Positions 1 to 12,641 of a stretch of DNA of 64,000 bases are shown here, piece after piece (position 1 is the first letter of the stretch; every line of letters begins with the position of its first letter). Both the position numbers and the translations under genes were made by a program. The notes under the pieces were generated by a model. It ran no database searches, was not told where the DNA came from, and was given only the letters and a program-made list of their open reading frames with translations. Source of the stretch: Lepidodermella squamata (taxonomy: Eukaryota; Animalia; Gastrotricha); assembly GCA_047495785.1 (NCBI GenBank), contig JBLDXI010000043.1, positions 558,001-622,000 on the forward strand, read 5' to 3'.

Positions 1-379
1 CATGGATAATTTATTCTGCGTTTGTTTTTCAATTTCGCTGTTGTTTTCTAATAAAAAATTGACCTTTCACGCACTACTGAATCAGCCGCAGGTATACTCA
101 GATTTTGCGCATTTGCCCAAACTTACGGCAGCTGAAACGTCCATTTTTTACAATAGGGTAAAAGCATGCTCTCAATTTTATCAGGTAAGGAAGCTATATT
201 GCTTGAAAGCTTCTCAGCTCTCTATACTGAGACGACATACATCATGAAACTATATCATTGTGGGCTATTGGCAGCAAGCAACATCGATATCCATCTTTTA
301 TTAGCGTGATGAATGCGTTCCTGGTTTACACTCTATTTTGAATCGCCTGTCACGCGAGCGGACAGGGTAATTTTCCTAA

Positions 380-430
380 CAGAGCGCGAAGTACGGGGGG
401 AATGAGGGGTATCGTACCCCCCAGTTCGGC
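380..430. mobile_element. Solitary terminus related to the hAT-like MITE at 16261-16411
   Basis: cagagcgcgaagtacgggggg...ggggtatcgtacccc resembles cagggtgcgaagtacaggggtg...caccccag at 16261; no matching right end was found. Confidence 0.4.
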
Positions 431-525
431 CGAACCTAAAAATTTCCCCCTAAAGATTTGCGACAAATGGGAATCTGATTTATTCCGCAATAATAACTTG
501 AAAATTTGGCGAAAAAGCAAATGAA

Positions 526-1245
526 ATGGACCCGTGGTTATTATTCATATTTTCAAAACGTTGTTGTTATGAAGCCAAGCTGATGGCGAGAGGTTTGCAA
601 GCATGTCACATCTGCTCGAAATCATCATCACTAAATTCAAATTGTAACCGTGAAACGTTTCAACACGCCATGTTAGAGCCCATTTTAAAGAATTTGCGTT
701 TGAACACTATCAAGAGATTTTTACAATGGAAAATACAGACAACATCAGGCCATTACGTCTACATTTTCGGCGAGGACAACTCGTCATGGGTCGCCTTGGA
801 TCCTATTAGGGACGATACAGAGCTTGAAGCAGCTCGCCATCTCATGAACTCTTCGATAAGTCGCGGCGACTGGTACCGCCATTTACGGCCTTTATCCCCG
901 CAGGAATTCCGTAATAATTTCGCGAAAATCGGCAACCCAAACTTTCAATGGTTCGTCATGACCGGGTCGGAGAAATTCGCGAAGAAAACCGGGCGAATAA
1001 TTGCGACTGCTCGAGTTGAGCTCATCCCGTACCACAACAAACGAGACCGCCGTCTCATGTCAGCGTTCATTTTCGCAAATGCCGACTACGCGTCGCATGA
1101 CTTCACGATTTGGAAGGTGTTCGATTGGTTCCTGCGGTACCCGGCCTTTGGCTTCACGGACAGGTCGCCGATCAAATCAGTGCTGGTCATGAACAATCGA
1201 ACCGCTTTTATTATGGATTTTTACAATAATGATTTGTTTGTTTAA
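526..1245 (+). CDS. Uncharacterised protein (probably the last exon of a spliced gene; true start uncertain)
   Basis: 239-codon ORF; the part after about 740 is GC-richer and protein-like; AATAAA at about 1255 just after the stop; no recognisable domain. Confidence 0.5.
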   Translation: MDPWLLFIFSKRCCYEAKLMARGLQACHICSKSSSLNSNCNRETFQHAMLEPILKNLRLNTIKRFLQWKIQTTSGHYVYIFGEDNSSWVALDPIRDDTELEAARHLMNSSISRGDWYRHLRPLSPQEFRNNFAKIGNPNFQWFVMTGSEKFAKKTGRIIATARVELIPYHNKRDRRLMSAFIFANADYASHDFTIWKVFDWFLRYPAFGFTDRSPIKSVLVMNNRTAFIMDFYNNDLFV

Positions 1246-1800
1246 TGATTGATTAATAAACTTCTTTAATAATAGGGCCAGTCTTTTTTATCAATTTTAC
1301 TGTTTTTCGAACTTTGGCGAGTTTTAAAGTGAGCTTTCTTTTTCTGCATTTCTCGAATTTGACTTCTCGAAAATCCCCAAGGGAATTCCCAAAAGCTTAT
1401 TCTTTATCTTGACGAAAAGACGGAAACAATGTCGAATGGAAACCCAGAGGGCAGTCCAGCGCCGCTTTTAGTGTAATTTCTATAAAATATAAAATATAAC
1501 TTCAGCCGTACTCGTGTATTTCGTTTCATATCTCAGTCCCTTCACTCCACAACAGACATAAATTACTCAATTCTCAGCAAAATCAATGTTATAACGTTGG
1601 ACAAGTGCCAATTGTAGATCGCCTAAGGTAATTTAGAGCGGCAGCTAGGTCGCGCCATCGATTAAACGCATTTTCTACTGCGAACCCCTTGTTTTTTCGT
1701 TTAGTTTATTGTCTTTATGCAGTTTGTCGAATCGATGAGCTGCCATCATCATTTATTATTAACGTAAGTCTTTATTCTTTTATCCCCTGCTGAGATAGAG

Positions 1801-3153
1801 TCCAGCCTAATAACGCCTTTTTTCTCTCCACGTAAAGAAATGTTTGCTATTAGCTGGAAAGATTTTGCTCGGGATAAACTGCTTCCAATATCCTATGCGA
1901 CTTACACGAAGTTGCAAGACGTTTCGACAAGCGAAATCTACGACAGGGCGAAACACATAGAACTTGAGCTCAACTTACAGAAATTCGTCGAACGATTGAA
2001 GCGGTTACTGGAGCCTGACTTCAAAATAGAGGAGGCCGAAGTACTGAGGCCATTCAATGACGCGCAACGCATTTCGAGTCATTTTAGCCCGTGGCTGAAT
2101 CAAATATTAACTGAGAATTGGCAGAAAGCTCAGAAAGACCAGCATAGGCTCGTTCCTGCGAGAGGATCCGATGAACCCAGCCCCGAGCAAACGTAAGCTT
2201 GCTGAAATTAATCTTCCAAATTTTGGACCTTTATTCAATTTTATTAATTCCAAATTGCGAATCCATTTTTCAGAATTGAGCTTATACGGCGAAGTATCGA
2301 ATGCATGGAAAAGGTCGCTTGCGTGATCAGCATCGTCAAAGATCACCTTAATTCGAGTCCCGAGCGAGTCAAAGCTTTCAATGCGAAAATCAGCCAAGCA
2401 TTCGATAGATCTTACAAATTCCTGATACCTATGCTGAAATTGGGCCTGGTTGCTGTTAAAAGTAGTCCGACCCTGCTGAACCCAGTCGAGGACGATAAAG
2501 GCGATGCAGAACTTCTGGAGATCGAAAAGACCTTCTCGGTCGGATTCACGGCCATTCAGATCACAAAGCGAGTCATGGCCTTGAAAACCCGATGGGAACG
2601 TGAAAACGTGACTCAAACAATCGACATAAGAGGAAAGGCAATCGCTGAGGCAAAAGCCCTTCGAGAGGCGAAAAATCTGGACAGGAGGCGGAAACAAGCC
2701 GAGAAGCAGAGGATCTTTCTAGAGCGGCGAAAATCTCAAAATATTCCTCAGTTTTCCGCGCCAGGCCTCGAAGTCTCGAGTAGTTGGAACTATGACATCA
2801 AACCGAAGAATGACATGGAAATCGCTTTTGGTCAAAATTCAGACCTTCGACATGCGAAAAGCCTTGAATCCGTCCTGTACAAGAAATATCGATCAAGCAA
2901 TGTCAGTTTGCTGCCTGAAATCAAATCGAAAAAGCTGAGGAGCGATAAGCAACTGGCGAAACTTGGCGCAAGGCTTTTGACTAAAGAAGATTTCACGAGT
3001 CGGGAGATTGAAGTTACGAATTATTCAACTTTCGACTCTTCGTTGTCGACCAGAGCGATAAAACTGTCTTTCAAGCTGCCGGAAATCGGCTTCAATCGAA
3101 CTATGATTGATGATGATGATGATGACCGTTCTGATGTAACCATAAATTTATGA
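1801..3153 (+). CDS. Uncharacterised multi-exon protein with a charged helical region; 5' end uncertain
   Basis: ORFs 1840-2196 and 2305-3153 join in frame through GT-AG intron 2193-2273 (phase 2); upstream gtaag donor at about 1763. Confidence 0.6.
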
Positions 3154-3226
3154 ATGACGTGATCCCTCCAAAATGTCTGACGAATAATGAAACTAGCTAA
3201 CTAACATAACACTAGCTTTTTCCGAC

Positions 3227-4163
3227 GAAGAAACCTTTTTTCAGCAGCAGATTTCTTTTTTCAGCAGCAGAATACTTTTTTCTGCAGCAGATACTTTTCC
3301 CAGCAGCAGATACTTTATTCAGCAGCAGATTATACTTTTTTCAGCAGCAAATTTTAAAATATCGATTTTCATTAAAAAAATGTAACCATTTTGATAGACA
3401 CGTTTTCATGAGTTCAATAATACATAAGTTCCCATATGAAATGGGCAGCATTAGATGAACACGTGCTGTTTACAAAATAAGCGCACGCGACCGGTTATTT
3501 TCACAACTGTTCGTTTGAAATATTTATGTGATTCAAGCACAAAGTTTAAATCAAATTGATTATGAGAGAACTACTGTTGTCATCGCCTTCTACCATAAAA
3601 AGCTCCCCTGATCAATCCGACGTGGAGACTTCGGCCCGGGTGCGAGGAAAGGCGGTAGTCTATGTCTACTCAGGAAACCGGTTCCCCGACTGGGCGACGG
3701 CATCGGCTAGTTGAATGCCCTTTGATTGAAATCTTGCCCTTGAAAAGCGGTAAAGGCCGTAAAAAGACTATATCCTTGTTTTACACGGGTGCACACTACA
3801 TGGCCCTAGGCCGCTGAATTTTTCTTGATAGAACAGACTGAATTAACTGACTTTCCATTCTCGGATGTTAAATCTAATAAGAGTAATGACGAGTATATGG
3901 AAATAAGCGCCAAATCATTTTAGGCGCGGTTGCTGCTTATAACGAAATATGTAACGAAATATGTATACATATTTGAACTCAGGAAAGCGTGTCTATCAAA
4001 ATGGTTACATTTTTTTAATGAAAATCGATATTTTAAAATTTGCTGCTGAAAAAAGTATAATCTGCTGCTGAATAAAGTATCTGCTGCTGGGAAAAGTATC
4101 TGCTGCAGAAAAAAGTATTCTGCTGCTGAAAAAAGAAATCTGCTGCAGAAAAAAGAGCTATCC
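3227..4163. mobile_element. Non-autonomous DNA transposon with about 190-bp TIRs containing tandem CAGCAGCAGAT units and an 8-bp TSD (Merlin/foldback-like)
   Basis: 3236-3417 is a near-perfect reverse complement of about 3973-4155; TTTCCGAC flanks both sides (3219-3226 and 4164-4171). Confidence 0.8.
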
Positions 4164-4291
4164 TTTCCGACTATTATGACTAACAATTGCACAAATGGAG
4201 ATAAGCAAAATGATAAGACAACATTTTCTCCATAAGCTATCAGTATCGAAATTTGCGTAAATTTGCGTATTTCCGTGTTGGCTGAAGTGCA

Positions 4292-5019
4292 ATGGCTGTA
4301 CAAGATCAGTTCCAACCTGAGATTGAACTGGAAAAGGTTAGATATACTTGGTAATTTTTGGATATTTTACGATTTTCAATCAAGCATTCTATATCGCATG
4401 TGCTGACGGTAGAATTGCCGAGGTTGAAGACTTCTTATCATCCTCATTTTCTCTCGACCTAATCAATACGAGATTTTCAAGAGATCGTCATGGTGTCGAA
4501 ATAGCCGGAATGGCCCTGATCAACAGCGAAACTTGCTTACGCTCGATTTGCTCACGGGGCAACGAAGTAAAGCTGAACCTGATTCTATCGGCAAAGCTCC
4601 GCCTTGAACAAGAAATAAATGGCTCAACTAAGAACCAAGCGATGGAGGAAGTCAGAGCTTTCGTCAATTCGCAAGATGAAGATGGCTTCTCTGCTCTTTG
4701 TTACGCGAGCTGTTGTCGAGCTTTGAAATGCGTCAAAGTTCTCTAAGAGTTCGAATCGCGAGGCGCCGCGGCATCGTTTGCTGATGTCAACGTGAGGACA
4801 AATGACGGCTGGACTCCGTTGATGATGGCTGCGTACGCGAATCGTGAGGAAACAATGCGGTACTTGCTGGATAAAGGCGCTCGGCTGCATGACAAAAATC
4901 GCAATGGTGAAACTGCACGAGAAATCGCTGAAAGCCACGGTTTCTACAATGTTTTGCGCCATCTCGATTCAGTGGAACAGACTTATTGCCAAGTCGGAAA
5001 TCAGCCATGTCGAAAATAA
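4292..5019 (+). pseudogene. Ankyrin-repeat gene with an in-frame stop; paralog of the gene at 11370-12067
   Basis: ORFs 4348-4746 and 4792-5019 share a frame and are separated only by TAA at 4744 (CVKVL*EFES...VNVRTNDGWTPLMMAA); the acceptor reads CAA where the paralog has CAG. Confidence 0.7.
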
Positions 5020-5515
5020 ATGTTTTACTTTGTTGTGATACAATATCCAAGCTTTCATCAGTTTCAGAGAATATCAAAGTTACTTATTTCACTAAAATGA
5101 CACTTCGTATTCCCAAACCATCGCCAATGAGGCTTTTGACCTGGGATCAGTTTCGAAACCTTAAACGCTGCAGCATTATAGCCAAATTCCTACTATATTC
5201 GTCGTTTCAAAACTCTGGGTTTACATTAACGCCTGTTTTGGAGTTGTGAACCAATCGTGAAATCGAAACATGAATATTCATAATTATAGGACAAATTTAT
5301 TATCTTACAGTAACGCATACATTTCGAATATGATTGCACTAAATAACCTTAATTAGCTGCTAAGCACAACACGACAATTCAATCAGAGATCAAATAATGT
5401 TGAAGCTACGTACAAAATATTGCCAGGGTGGTGTTATTATTCATGCAAAAATCTCCTAAATACAAGAGTATTGCCGTTAACATGGTATAATAAGCAGAAG
5501 TGACATGAAAACCGG

Positions 5516-7339
5516 CTATTTTTCAAAAGTAGCAGCTGGGTTGTCGTTCGATGTCGGCGACCGAACCACCGGAGCGTCCTTGTTGAAGCTATTCGGGGTC
5601 ACCCAGTTCGGCAGCGGCAGTGTCGAAGCGCCGTGGAACTCAGGCGTTGAGGCTGTAGTCGTAAGGGTCAACCCACCAGGTGAACCATCAATCTGCGGGC
5701 CAGACGGACTCTGGCGCATTTGCTGGGCTAAATCCGACATGAACGAAGCAGCGGTTGAATTCGCATTCCGCAAGGGCACAGTCTCAGGCGGGGAGGTTCG
5801 GACTACGCAATTCGCGAAATCGTACCTCGGGTTCAAATGGCCGCCTTCGAATAGGAACATGGTCAGCCAAGATACGAGAACAATCGCAAGGAACGAGCAT
5901 AACATGGACAGGGTCTTGAATGGGAACGGCTGAATAGGCAGCCCGTTTTCATCCGGATAGTAACCGGGGTAGGGGATGAAAGCTGGCAACATCAAGAGCG
6001 GCTCTCCGCCGCCTAATCTCAACAGAAAACCAACTACATAGCCGACGAATGAGCCGTAAGTATTCGTCCAGCGTAGATAGACCACGCAAAGTAACTGCGG
6101 GAATAGGATTACGTAGACAAAATCAGAACACAGGTACCATAGGCCGTAGATAGTATTGATGGTTAGGCCTAAGATACAGGCTGCAGTTCCAACCCCAAAA
6201 ATCGAAACCCGCATCACCCACATGATTTCTTTTTCTGATGCGTTGTGGCGGAATACGAGTTTGTAAATATTTCGAGCGAACATTGAAGATGCTGAGAGGA
6301 TTGATGAGTCGGCTGAGGACATTACAGCGGCAGCTACAGCGCCTAATCCAATGAATGAAACCCAGGGCGGGCAGAGGTAGCGTAGGGTTAGTGGCAGGAC
6401 CAATTTCTGTTCCTCCGGCGTGATTTCCTTGCCATACTCGGTCTGGGTCCAATTCGCGTTTTTCGCAACGGCCCCGATGAGGACGGGCGGGATGGCGAGG
6501 ATGAAACAACCCAGAGCTGCGACGTAGGACAAAACCTGGGCGTAGGTCGAAGTTCGGCTAGACAGGACCCTTTGAAAGTAAACCTGCCACGGAATCCCGC
6601 CGAATATCAGTAGGAGGTAAGAATCGATGTAGGTTCCCAACTCTGAGCCGTGGAGTGTCCCCATCCACACATCGACATCACGGCTGAGGGGTTCGACATT
6701 TTCGTTGTACAACGCGAAGGGGATGCAGAGCAACAGCCCGAATAGGATACAAATCATCTGGACGACATCGGTGTACGCTACGGCGTAGAGACCTCCGAAC
6801 AACGTGTAACCAACTGCGATTACAGCTGATAAAATCACGGAAAATGTGTTGTTGAGATTGATGACAACGGACAGGGTAGCGCCTAGGGCTGAGAGGATTG
6901 CCGCCGACCAGAAAACTTCACCCAGTAACGCAGGGATGAAGAGAAGGCCGCCCATTCTCTCGCCGTAGCGAATTTGAAACGGGTCCAGCATTGTTACGTA
7001 GCCTTCATCTCGCATTTTTCTCGCGAAGAGGAGTCCGCCGAAAATTAGGCTCATAGCGTAGCCGAACGGGGCCTGGCACGCGAGTAGGCCGTTTGAGTAT
7101 AACATTTCGGCTGTTCCGTTGATGTAGCCGCCGCCGACCCAAGTCGCCGTCATGGTGCAGATCCCGACCAGCGGGCCGATGTTGCGGCCGGCTAGCATTA
7201 CGGTCTCGGTTTCAGTTGACTCGCCTTCGCGCTGGGCTTTGCCGCCCTTTCTCGCCGCCCAGATGCCGACGAATAGGATGCCGATGTAAAATAGGACGAC
7301 GCCGCCCAAGCCGACCCAGTTGACGGATTCGAAGAACAT
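5516..7339 (-). CDS. SLC5A7: High-affinity choline transporter (sodium:solute symporter family), single exon, 607 aa
   Basis: Signature segments [69 protein letters not shown]; many TM helices. Confidence 0.95.
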   Translation of the reverse strand: MFFESVNWVGLGGVVLFYIGILFVGIWAARKGGKAQREGESTETETVMLAGRNIGPLVGICTMTATWVGGGYINGTAEMLYSNGLLACQAPFGYAMSLIFGGLLFARKMRDEGYVTMLDPFQIRYGERMGGLLFIPALLGEVFWSAAILSALGATLSVVINLNNTFSVILSAVIAVGYTLFGGLYAVAYTDVVQMICILFGLLLCIPFALYNENVEPLSRDVDVWMGTLHGSELGTYIDSYLLLIFGGIPWQVYFQRVLSSRTSTYAQVLSYVAALGCFILAIPPVLIGAVAKNANWTQTEYGKEITPEEQKLVLPLTLRYLCPPWVSFIGLGAVAAAVMSSADSSILSASSMFARNIYKLVFRHNASEKEIMWVMRVSIFGVGTAACILGLTINTIYGLWYLCSDFVYVILFPQLLCVVYLRWTNTYGSFVGYVVGFLLRLGGGEPLLMLPAFIPYPGYYPDENGLPIQPFPFKTLSMLCSFLAIVLVSWLTMFLFEGGHLNPRYDFANCVVRTSPPETVPLRNANSTAASFMSDLAQQMRQSPSGPQIDGSPGGLTLTTTASTPEFHGASTLPLPNWVTPNSFNKDAPVVRSPTSNDNPAATFEK

Positions 7340-10067
7340 TTTTTGAGCTTAGGGTCGAAATTAAATTCTTGCGATGGAATCTCCTTCAATTAATCTCATC
7401 CTTAATCTCTATGAAGCAAGAATATTAGAGTGGTTTGGATGTAGGAAAAAAATCGTGAATCGCGAGAGATGTCGATGGGGAAGATTTCGCCAAGAGGGGT
7501 TAATTATTCATGCGATCAATAGTTCGTAATACGTGATAAATCTCGTTACTGCAAGTCGGGTGGTATCACTGATTTTGATCGATCGTTCCCCACACGTTGA
7601 TTTATATCGTACGCTTTAGCATGGAATAGAGGCGGATTTATGAATGACGACATGTCTAGATTCTAGCCATTTGGATTGCCACGACTTGCCGAATATTTCG
7701 GGAAAATTGTTATGAAATGAAAAACGCTTGCACTATACAAGTCTGCAATAACTGTCCTGATTAAAAAAAATATTGAAAATGGCAATTTTTACAAATGACC
7801 TTTTAGGGCTGAATTTTGAAAATTTCTGCTAAATTGAGCTGATAAGGTTGAATCAAATCAATGAAGAATACCCATATGATAAACTGCAACATACAACACT
7901 ACGGTCGTGATAGATTGAACTGTTAAGACTATGTTTCAGTGTCGCTACATGTATTGGTCACTAGTAATGCACCGCTTATAGAGAACAGTTGTAAGTAGCC
8001 TATAGCTTGAAATCGGTAGTAGTTTGAAGTCTCAAGATGAAACTGGAGAATTTTTACTTGGAAGCAGCAATATTGGGATGAATTGAAATGCGATATTGAA
8101 ATGCGTCACATTATTGGATCGAGTGGTACTATTTTCTCAAATGAGCACGCCCTCTGGGACGGGAAAAAGCTCAGTCATAATAATAGGAGCCATTATTTTT
8201 AGACGGCTGACTCGGGCTATCAACGTCTTCTTCATTATTAAATTCCGGAAAAATGAATAAAACGATGAGTAAAAAAGTGTTGTTACTACTCAAATGGAGT
8301 GTAGGCTTCAGTGGTGAAATTAAATTAACTAATATTACTCGGCTGCTGGCCGACAACAATGTGCAGTACAGATAATACTTCAGAACTGGGCGGACTTATC
8401 GCTATAACACATATATACGAGCTTCACGACTGAGTGAAAATGCGTACGCATGGAATGAGGCGCTGAATATGCGGCAAAACACCAATGCCCAGCCACATAT
8501 TTTTTGATCGATTTGATCGAAAAAATGACTCCAAAGAGAAAGATGTAAAATATTTCAAATCTTAGGGTGGAGGAGAGACAGAGGAAACGCAACTATCAAG
8601 GCTATAGCAAGGATAAATTAGAACTCATTGGACCACGGGACATGACTGCGAAGACGTTTGACCATTCTTCGCTTACTAAATATCCATTTCAATGTTTCAG
8701 GTTTCTTTTGAAAGGCGAACCTCGGGGCTATCGTCTGCACTTTGAACGTTCTTCAGATTCACCAGAGTTGGAGAAGAATTAACGTTCAAAGTCAAACGTA
8801 TCCGAAATCGCCCCGTCCAAAATAAGACCGGTCTGCGGTATCGTTCTAGATCTACGAGATCCTGGTGAGAAACAAAATCAGGCCCAGAAGGCTAGAAACA
8901 ATATAGCTGACGACATTATAATCCGCTTTTATTTGCGATTAAATAGAACACGGGAAAGGAACAAAAATGAGCCTAAGATTTTGACCGTTAGTGCGGATTG
9001 ATGTTTGCAGCGACCTCTGATGTTTGGGAATAGGTGGCGAAGAATTTGCATTGATTTGCGCGCTGTGTTTGCGCACCCGGCGCGGCATGCGATACGGGTA
9101 ATAACGCGGGCGAGAGCGTGCCGAATAGCAGGCTGCAGTGTATGCTCGCCAAGCGAAAGCTGTGGGCGAACAATTTGACACAAATCTGTACTAAGTGACA
9201 CTTTCGATGATCTGAAATGAAGAAACAATCTGAAAGAAATAAACAATTGGCTCACCCTCTGGTAAACTGTTCAGGTCAAAATGGCCTATTGCAATGATTC
9301 TGAGGCTATTTTTTCAAACCAAGCCTTGCTAGTGGTACTTGTAATCTCTAAAATAATGGGCAAAATCTTCTTGATAAAATTAACTTTATCAACCGATAGC
9401 TCTTTATTCATTCACAGCAATAATTCAAGTTTTGAGCTCATGGAATCCGGAATACTAATATGTTTTCTGAAGGTGCCTTTCAGTCTCCTCTGTTTGGGGA
9501 CGCTGACCATTCATGATTTTCGGTGGCCGATTTCTGGACCAGCAACAGGCGTTACAATTATCGATTAGAACCAATCGATTTCATGAATAGCTAATGACTC
9601 GAGCCGTCCTTATGACATCGACTGCGCCACGATTATCGACCGCCATAAGCTGTATGACACGCACTAATGCGATAAAGCTAACGTAGCACGAACGCATTTT
9701 ACAATATCGCTACGACGAGACTTCACACGTCTTGTTTGCATTTTGTACGCATCGCCAACTCACACTTGTAGTTATGATTATCGGCGCCGATCTTATTCCA
9801 GGCACCAGTGTCCAGCCGCACAAATCACACCACGCGCCCAGTCGGCCAGATATCGACCAAGAACGGGTAATTTATCAAATGATCACCTTATTGGATAGCG
9901 TTAAAGCGCGAACAAGTGACAAGTTGGATTAGATGGGTTTAACGCCTTCTGGAAAAAATTCACGGAAATTCAGGAAAACTTCAATTTTTTGTGTAATGCA
10001 AAAGGCCCATAAAATGGCGTAAAATGAAGGTGGAAGAGTTGGCTTGCGAATATCCAGCATCATGTTA

Positions 10068-11175
10068 CTTGACTTAAAGAGTTTCTCTCTGATCGATATT
10101 TTCGCGTTGTGATTGGTGGGGCGTTTTCAGAATGGGCGCCAGCTCCATCGGGCGTGCCGCAGGGTTCGGTTCTGGGACCTACGTTATTTATTATTTTCAC
10201 AATATTTTCTAATGACGTCCTTACTAGTGCTATGGCCAAATATTTTGCGGATGATACGAAACTATACAAGGTGATACACTCTATTAATGACTGTCTTTCT
10301 TTACAACATGACCTTGATAATATCACAATGTACTATAATACTAATGGGCTTTCCGTGAATCCTAAAAAGTGCGTGGTTCTTAGATTGGGCAAAAGTGCTA
10401 TCGATTTTGAATACACTATAAATGGTAATAAATTGGTTTTCGAAAAAGTTGTTAAGGATCTCGGTGTATATATTGACAACAAGCTAAATCTTTCTTATAA
10501 TACTTCTCAAGTGATTGACAAATGTGCCAGAGTTACTAATGCTATATTTAAATGTTTTAAATCAAAGGAAATGCGACTTAAAGCCTTTAAAACACACGTT
10601 ATACCTCTTGTTGAGTATTGTCCTGCGGTAGCTTCTCCTATTTTACTTTCCGACATAGATGACCTAGAAAGTGTGCAAATTAATTTTACTAAAAAATTGT
10701 CATGTCCTGGCTCTTTGTTTTATACTTCTGTCGACGGTTTTAATTATGATGAACGACTGAAAAAACTTGACTTGCGAAAACTAGAGGAACGTCGTCTCAT
10801 CAGGGATATTTGTCTCTGTCACAAAATGTATCAAAATACTGTTGATCTTAATTTTTATGATTTTTTTTCTATTTCTAGTCGCCGTAGAGCCGTTGCTCAC
10901 GAAATTAGTTTTATACCTACGAACATTGACTCTTATAAATATTCCTTCGTCAGACGTGTCAGACCTCTATGGAATGCAATACCGACTGAATATATCAATA
11001 ATTCTCATTACAATTTCAAAAAATATGTGGAAAAGCTTGACCTAACTAAATTTCTAACATCAGTAGTGAGGCGCCTCGATATTTTGTATCTTTGAAATCT
11101 GTGTGGGTGTGTGCATGACCATTTCGCCACTGTTGTTCGCGAACTTGAAAGGAATAATATGACGATATGACGATG
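10068..11175 (+). mobile_element. 5'-truncated CR1-like non-LTR retrotransposon (RT C-terminal half)
   Basis: SGVPQGSVLGPTLF, FADDTKLY, VKDLGV, LEERR, WNAIP motifs; short ATATGACG tandem tail at about 11157-11175. Confidence 0.9.
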
Positions 11176-11369
11176 TTTATTTGAAGATAGTTAGGAGAAT
11201 AGTGGACTGGCCAAAAATGTTGCTGAGAAACGGAGGTTCAAATTTCGTAAGAACTTCAGTGATCAACTCTGACCCCACAAAGGTTCGGTCGACCTTTAAC
11301 TATTCCGCTGAAGTGTCAATGTCTCCTGTGATTTTGACTAGATACTAAATTTAATGATGTTCGTTTCAG

Positions 11370-12067
11370 GAATTTCTCTGCGCCTGCATAACCGGCGATG
11401 TTGAAGCTGTTCAAACTATGTTATCGACTGGTTCGAAGAAGTTCATTCTAGCTCTGTTAAATTCTCGCTACTCAAAGGGCGGCCACGCCATCGACTTGCC
11501 GATGAGCAAGTACGTCAACGCCAACAACTCGACAGCTTTGCACTTCGCAAGCGACAACGGCCACGCTGCAATCATAGAACTAGTGCTCAACGCTAAATTC
11601 GCCATTGAACTAGAATTCAATAACTCGTCTCGCCTTCAAACCATGCCGAAAGTGAAGCATTTTGCAGGTGCGTAACAGCTGGAACTTGTGATATTTCGAG
11701 GAATTAATCTCATTTTTATCCTTTATTCTATCTAGGGCGACAAAATGGAAATGCCTTTGACGAGTACTCCCCCCTACATCTGGCCGCCGGAAAAGGACAT
11801 CTCGACTGCGTTGAGTTGTTGTGTGATTTCGAATCAATCGGCCAACCTCCCTTGGTCGATCTCGACGTTCGGGATCGGTGTTACGGCGAGACGCCGCTGA
11901 TTTGGGCTTCGAAATGGGACCACGCCAATGTTGCAGATTTCGTGTTGAAACGCGGCGCGAGTGTCAATGAGCGGGATTACAGCAAGCGAACTGCCTTGAA
12001 ATGGGCCAAAGAGACGAAGCGAAATGACGTTGTCAAGGTTTTGCGCCGATTTAAAGCCATCGAATGA
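11370..12067 (+). CDS. Ankyrin-repeat protein (exons 11370-11667 and 11736-12067, plus an unresolved short first exon, possibly ATG 11319)
   Basis: TALHFASDNGH, SPLHLAAGKGHLDCVELL, GETPLIWASKW, TALKWA; GT-AG intron 11668-11735 restores the frame; AATAAA at about 12118. Confidence 0.85.
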
Positions 12068-12641
12068 GGATTACGTTGAATTTTGTTTACTGTAATCTGC
12101 GTGCTTCTTATGACTCGAATAAATTGTTCCTCTGAGTCAAGGTTTTTATTCAATTTCAGTACTACAATTGGTCAATTTGGTTTGAAATTTAAGTTTGTTT
12201 CCGTGACGAACGACCATGACTAGATTAGACCTCGCTTGAAGCTTTGGAAGCCCGGAAATCGCGTCGACATTTACGCAGCTATCGAATAATATCGACTTTC
12301 TTGTCAATATATCAGGCAATATCCACGTTTTCTCAAAATTGGTCCTGCGTGAAAATTATTATCGGATGTTTCAAATGAACCTGAAAAAATGACTTTGTTT
12401 GTGTCCAGCTAAAACGGTTCAGTAGCCCAGATACGAGATTTTTTAACACCAGCTTGGCTCGCCGTGACAAATATTCAAGCACGCGATTCGTAGTAGCATG
12501 CGATAACAAAATTTCAATTCAAATATTTAGGCCTAATAAACTAATAAAAAAATTATTTTGTTTCATTTGTATAACTTCGAAATCCCAGCATTGAATTTTG
12601 TTATTTAGATTGAATGCTATATCTCTCAATATTCTTCTTAG

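Noticed and set aside
3236-3350. Regularly spaced CAGCAGCAGAT repeats resembling a CRISPR array
   Set aside because: Eukaryotic context, spacers of only about 8-10 T-rich bases, and the array is mirrored as part of a TIR
3600-3720. Possible snRNA or HDV-like ribozyme (TTCCTCGC on the minus strand)
   Set aside because: I could not build the required P1/P3 pairings or match any snRNA by eye; it is kept only as an unexplained island
8171-9932. Several short ORFs upstream of the choline transporter
   Set aside because: No recognisable motif or consistent exon chain; a small gene cannot be excluded
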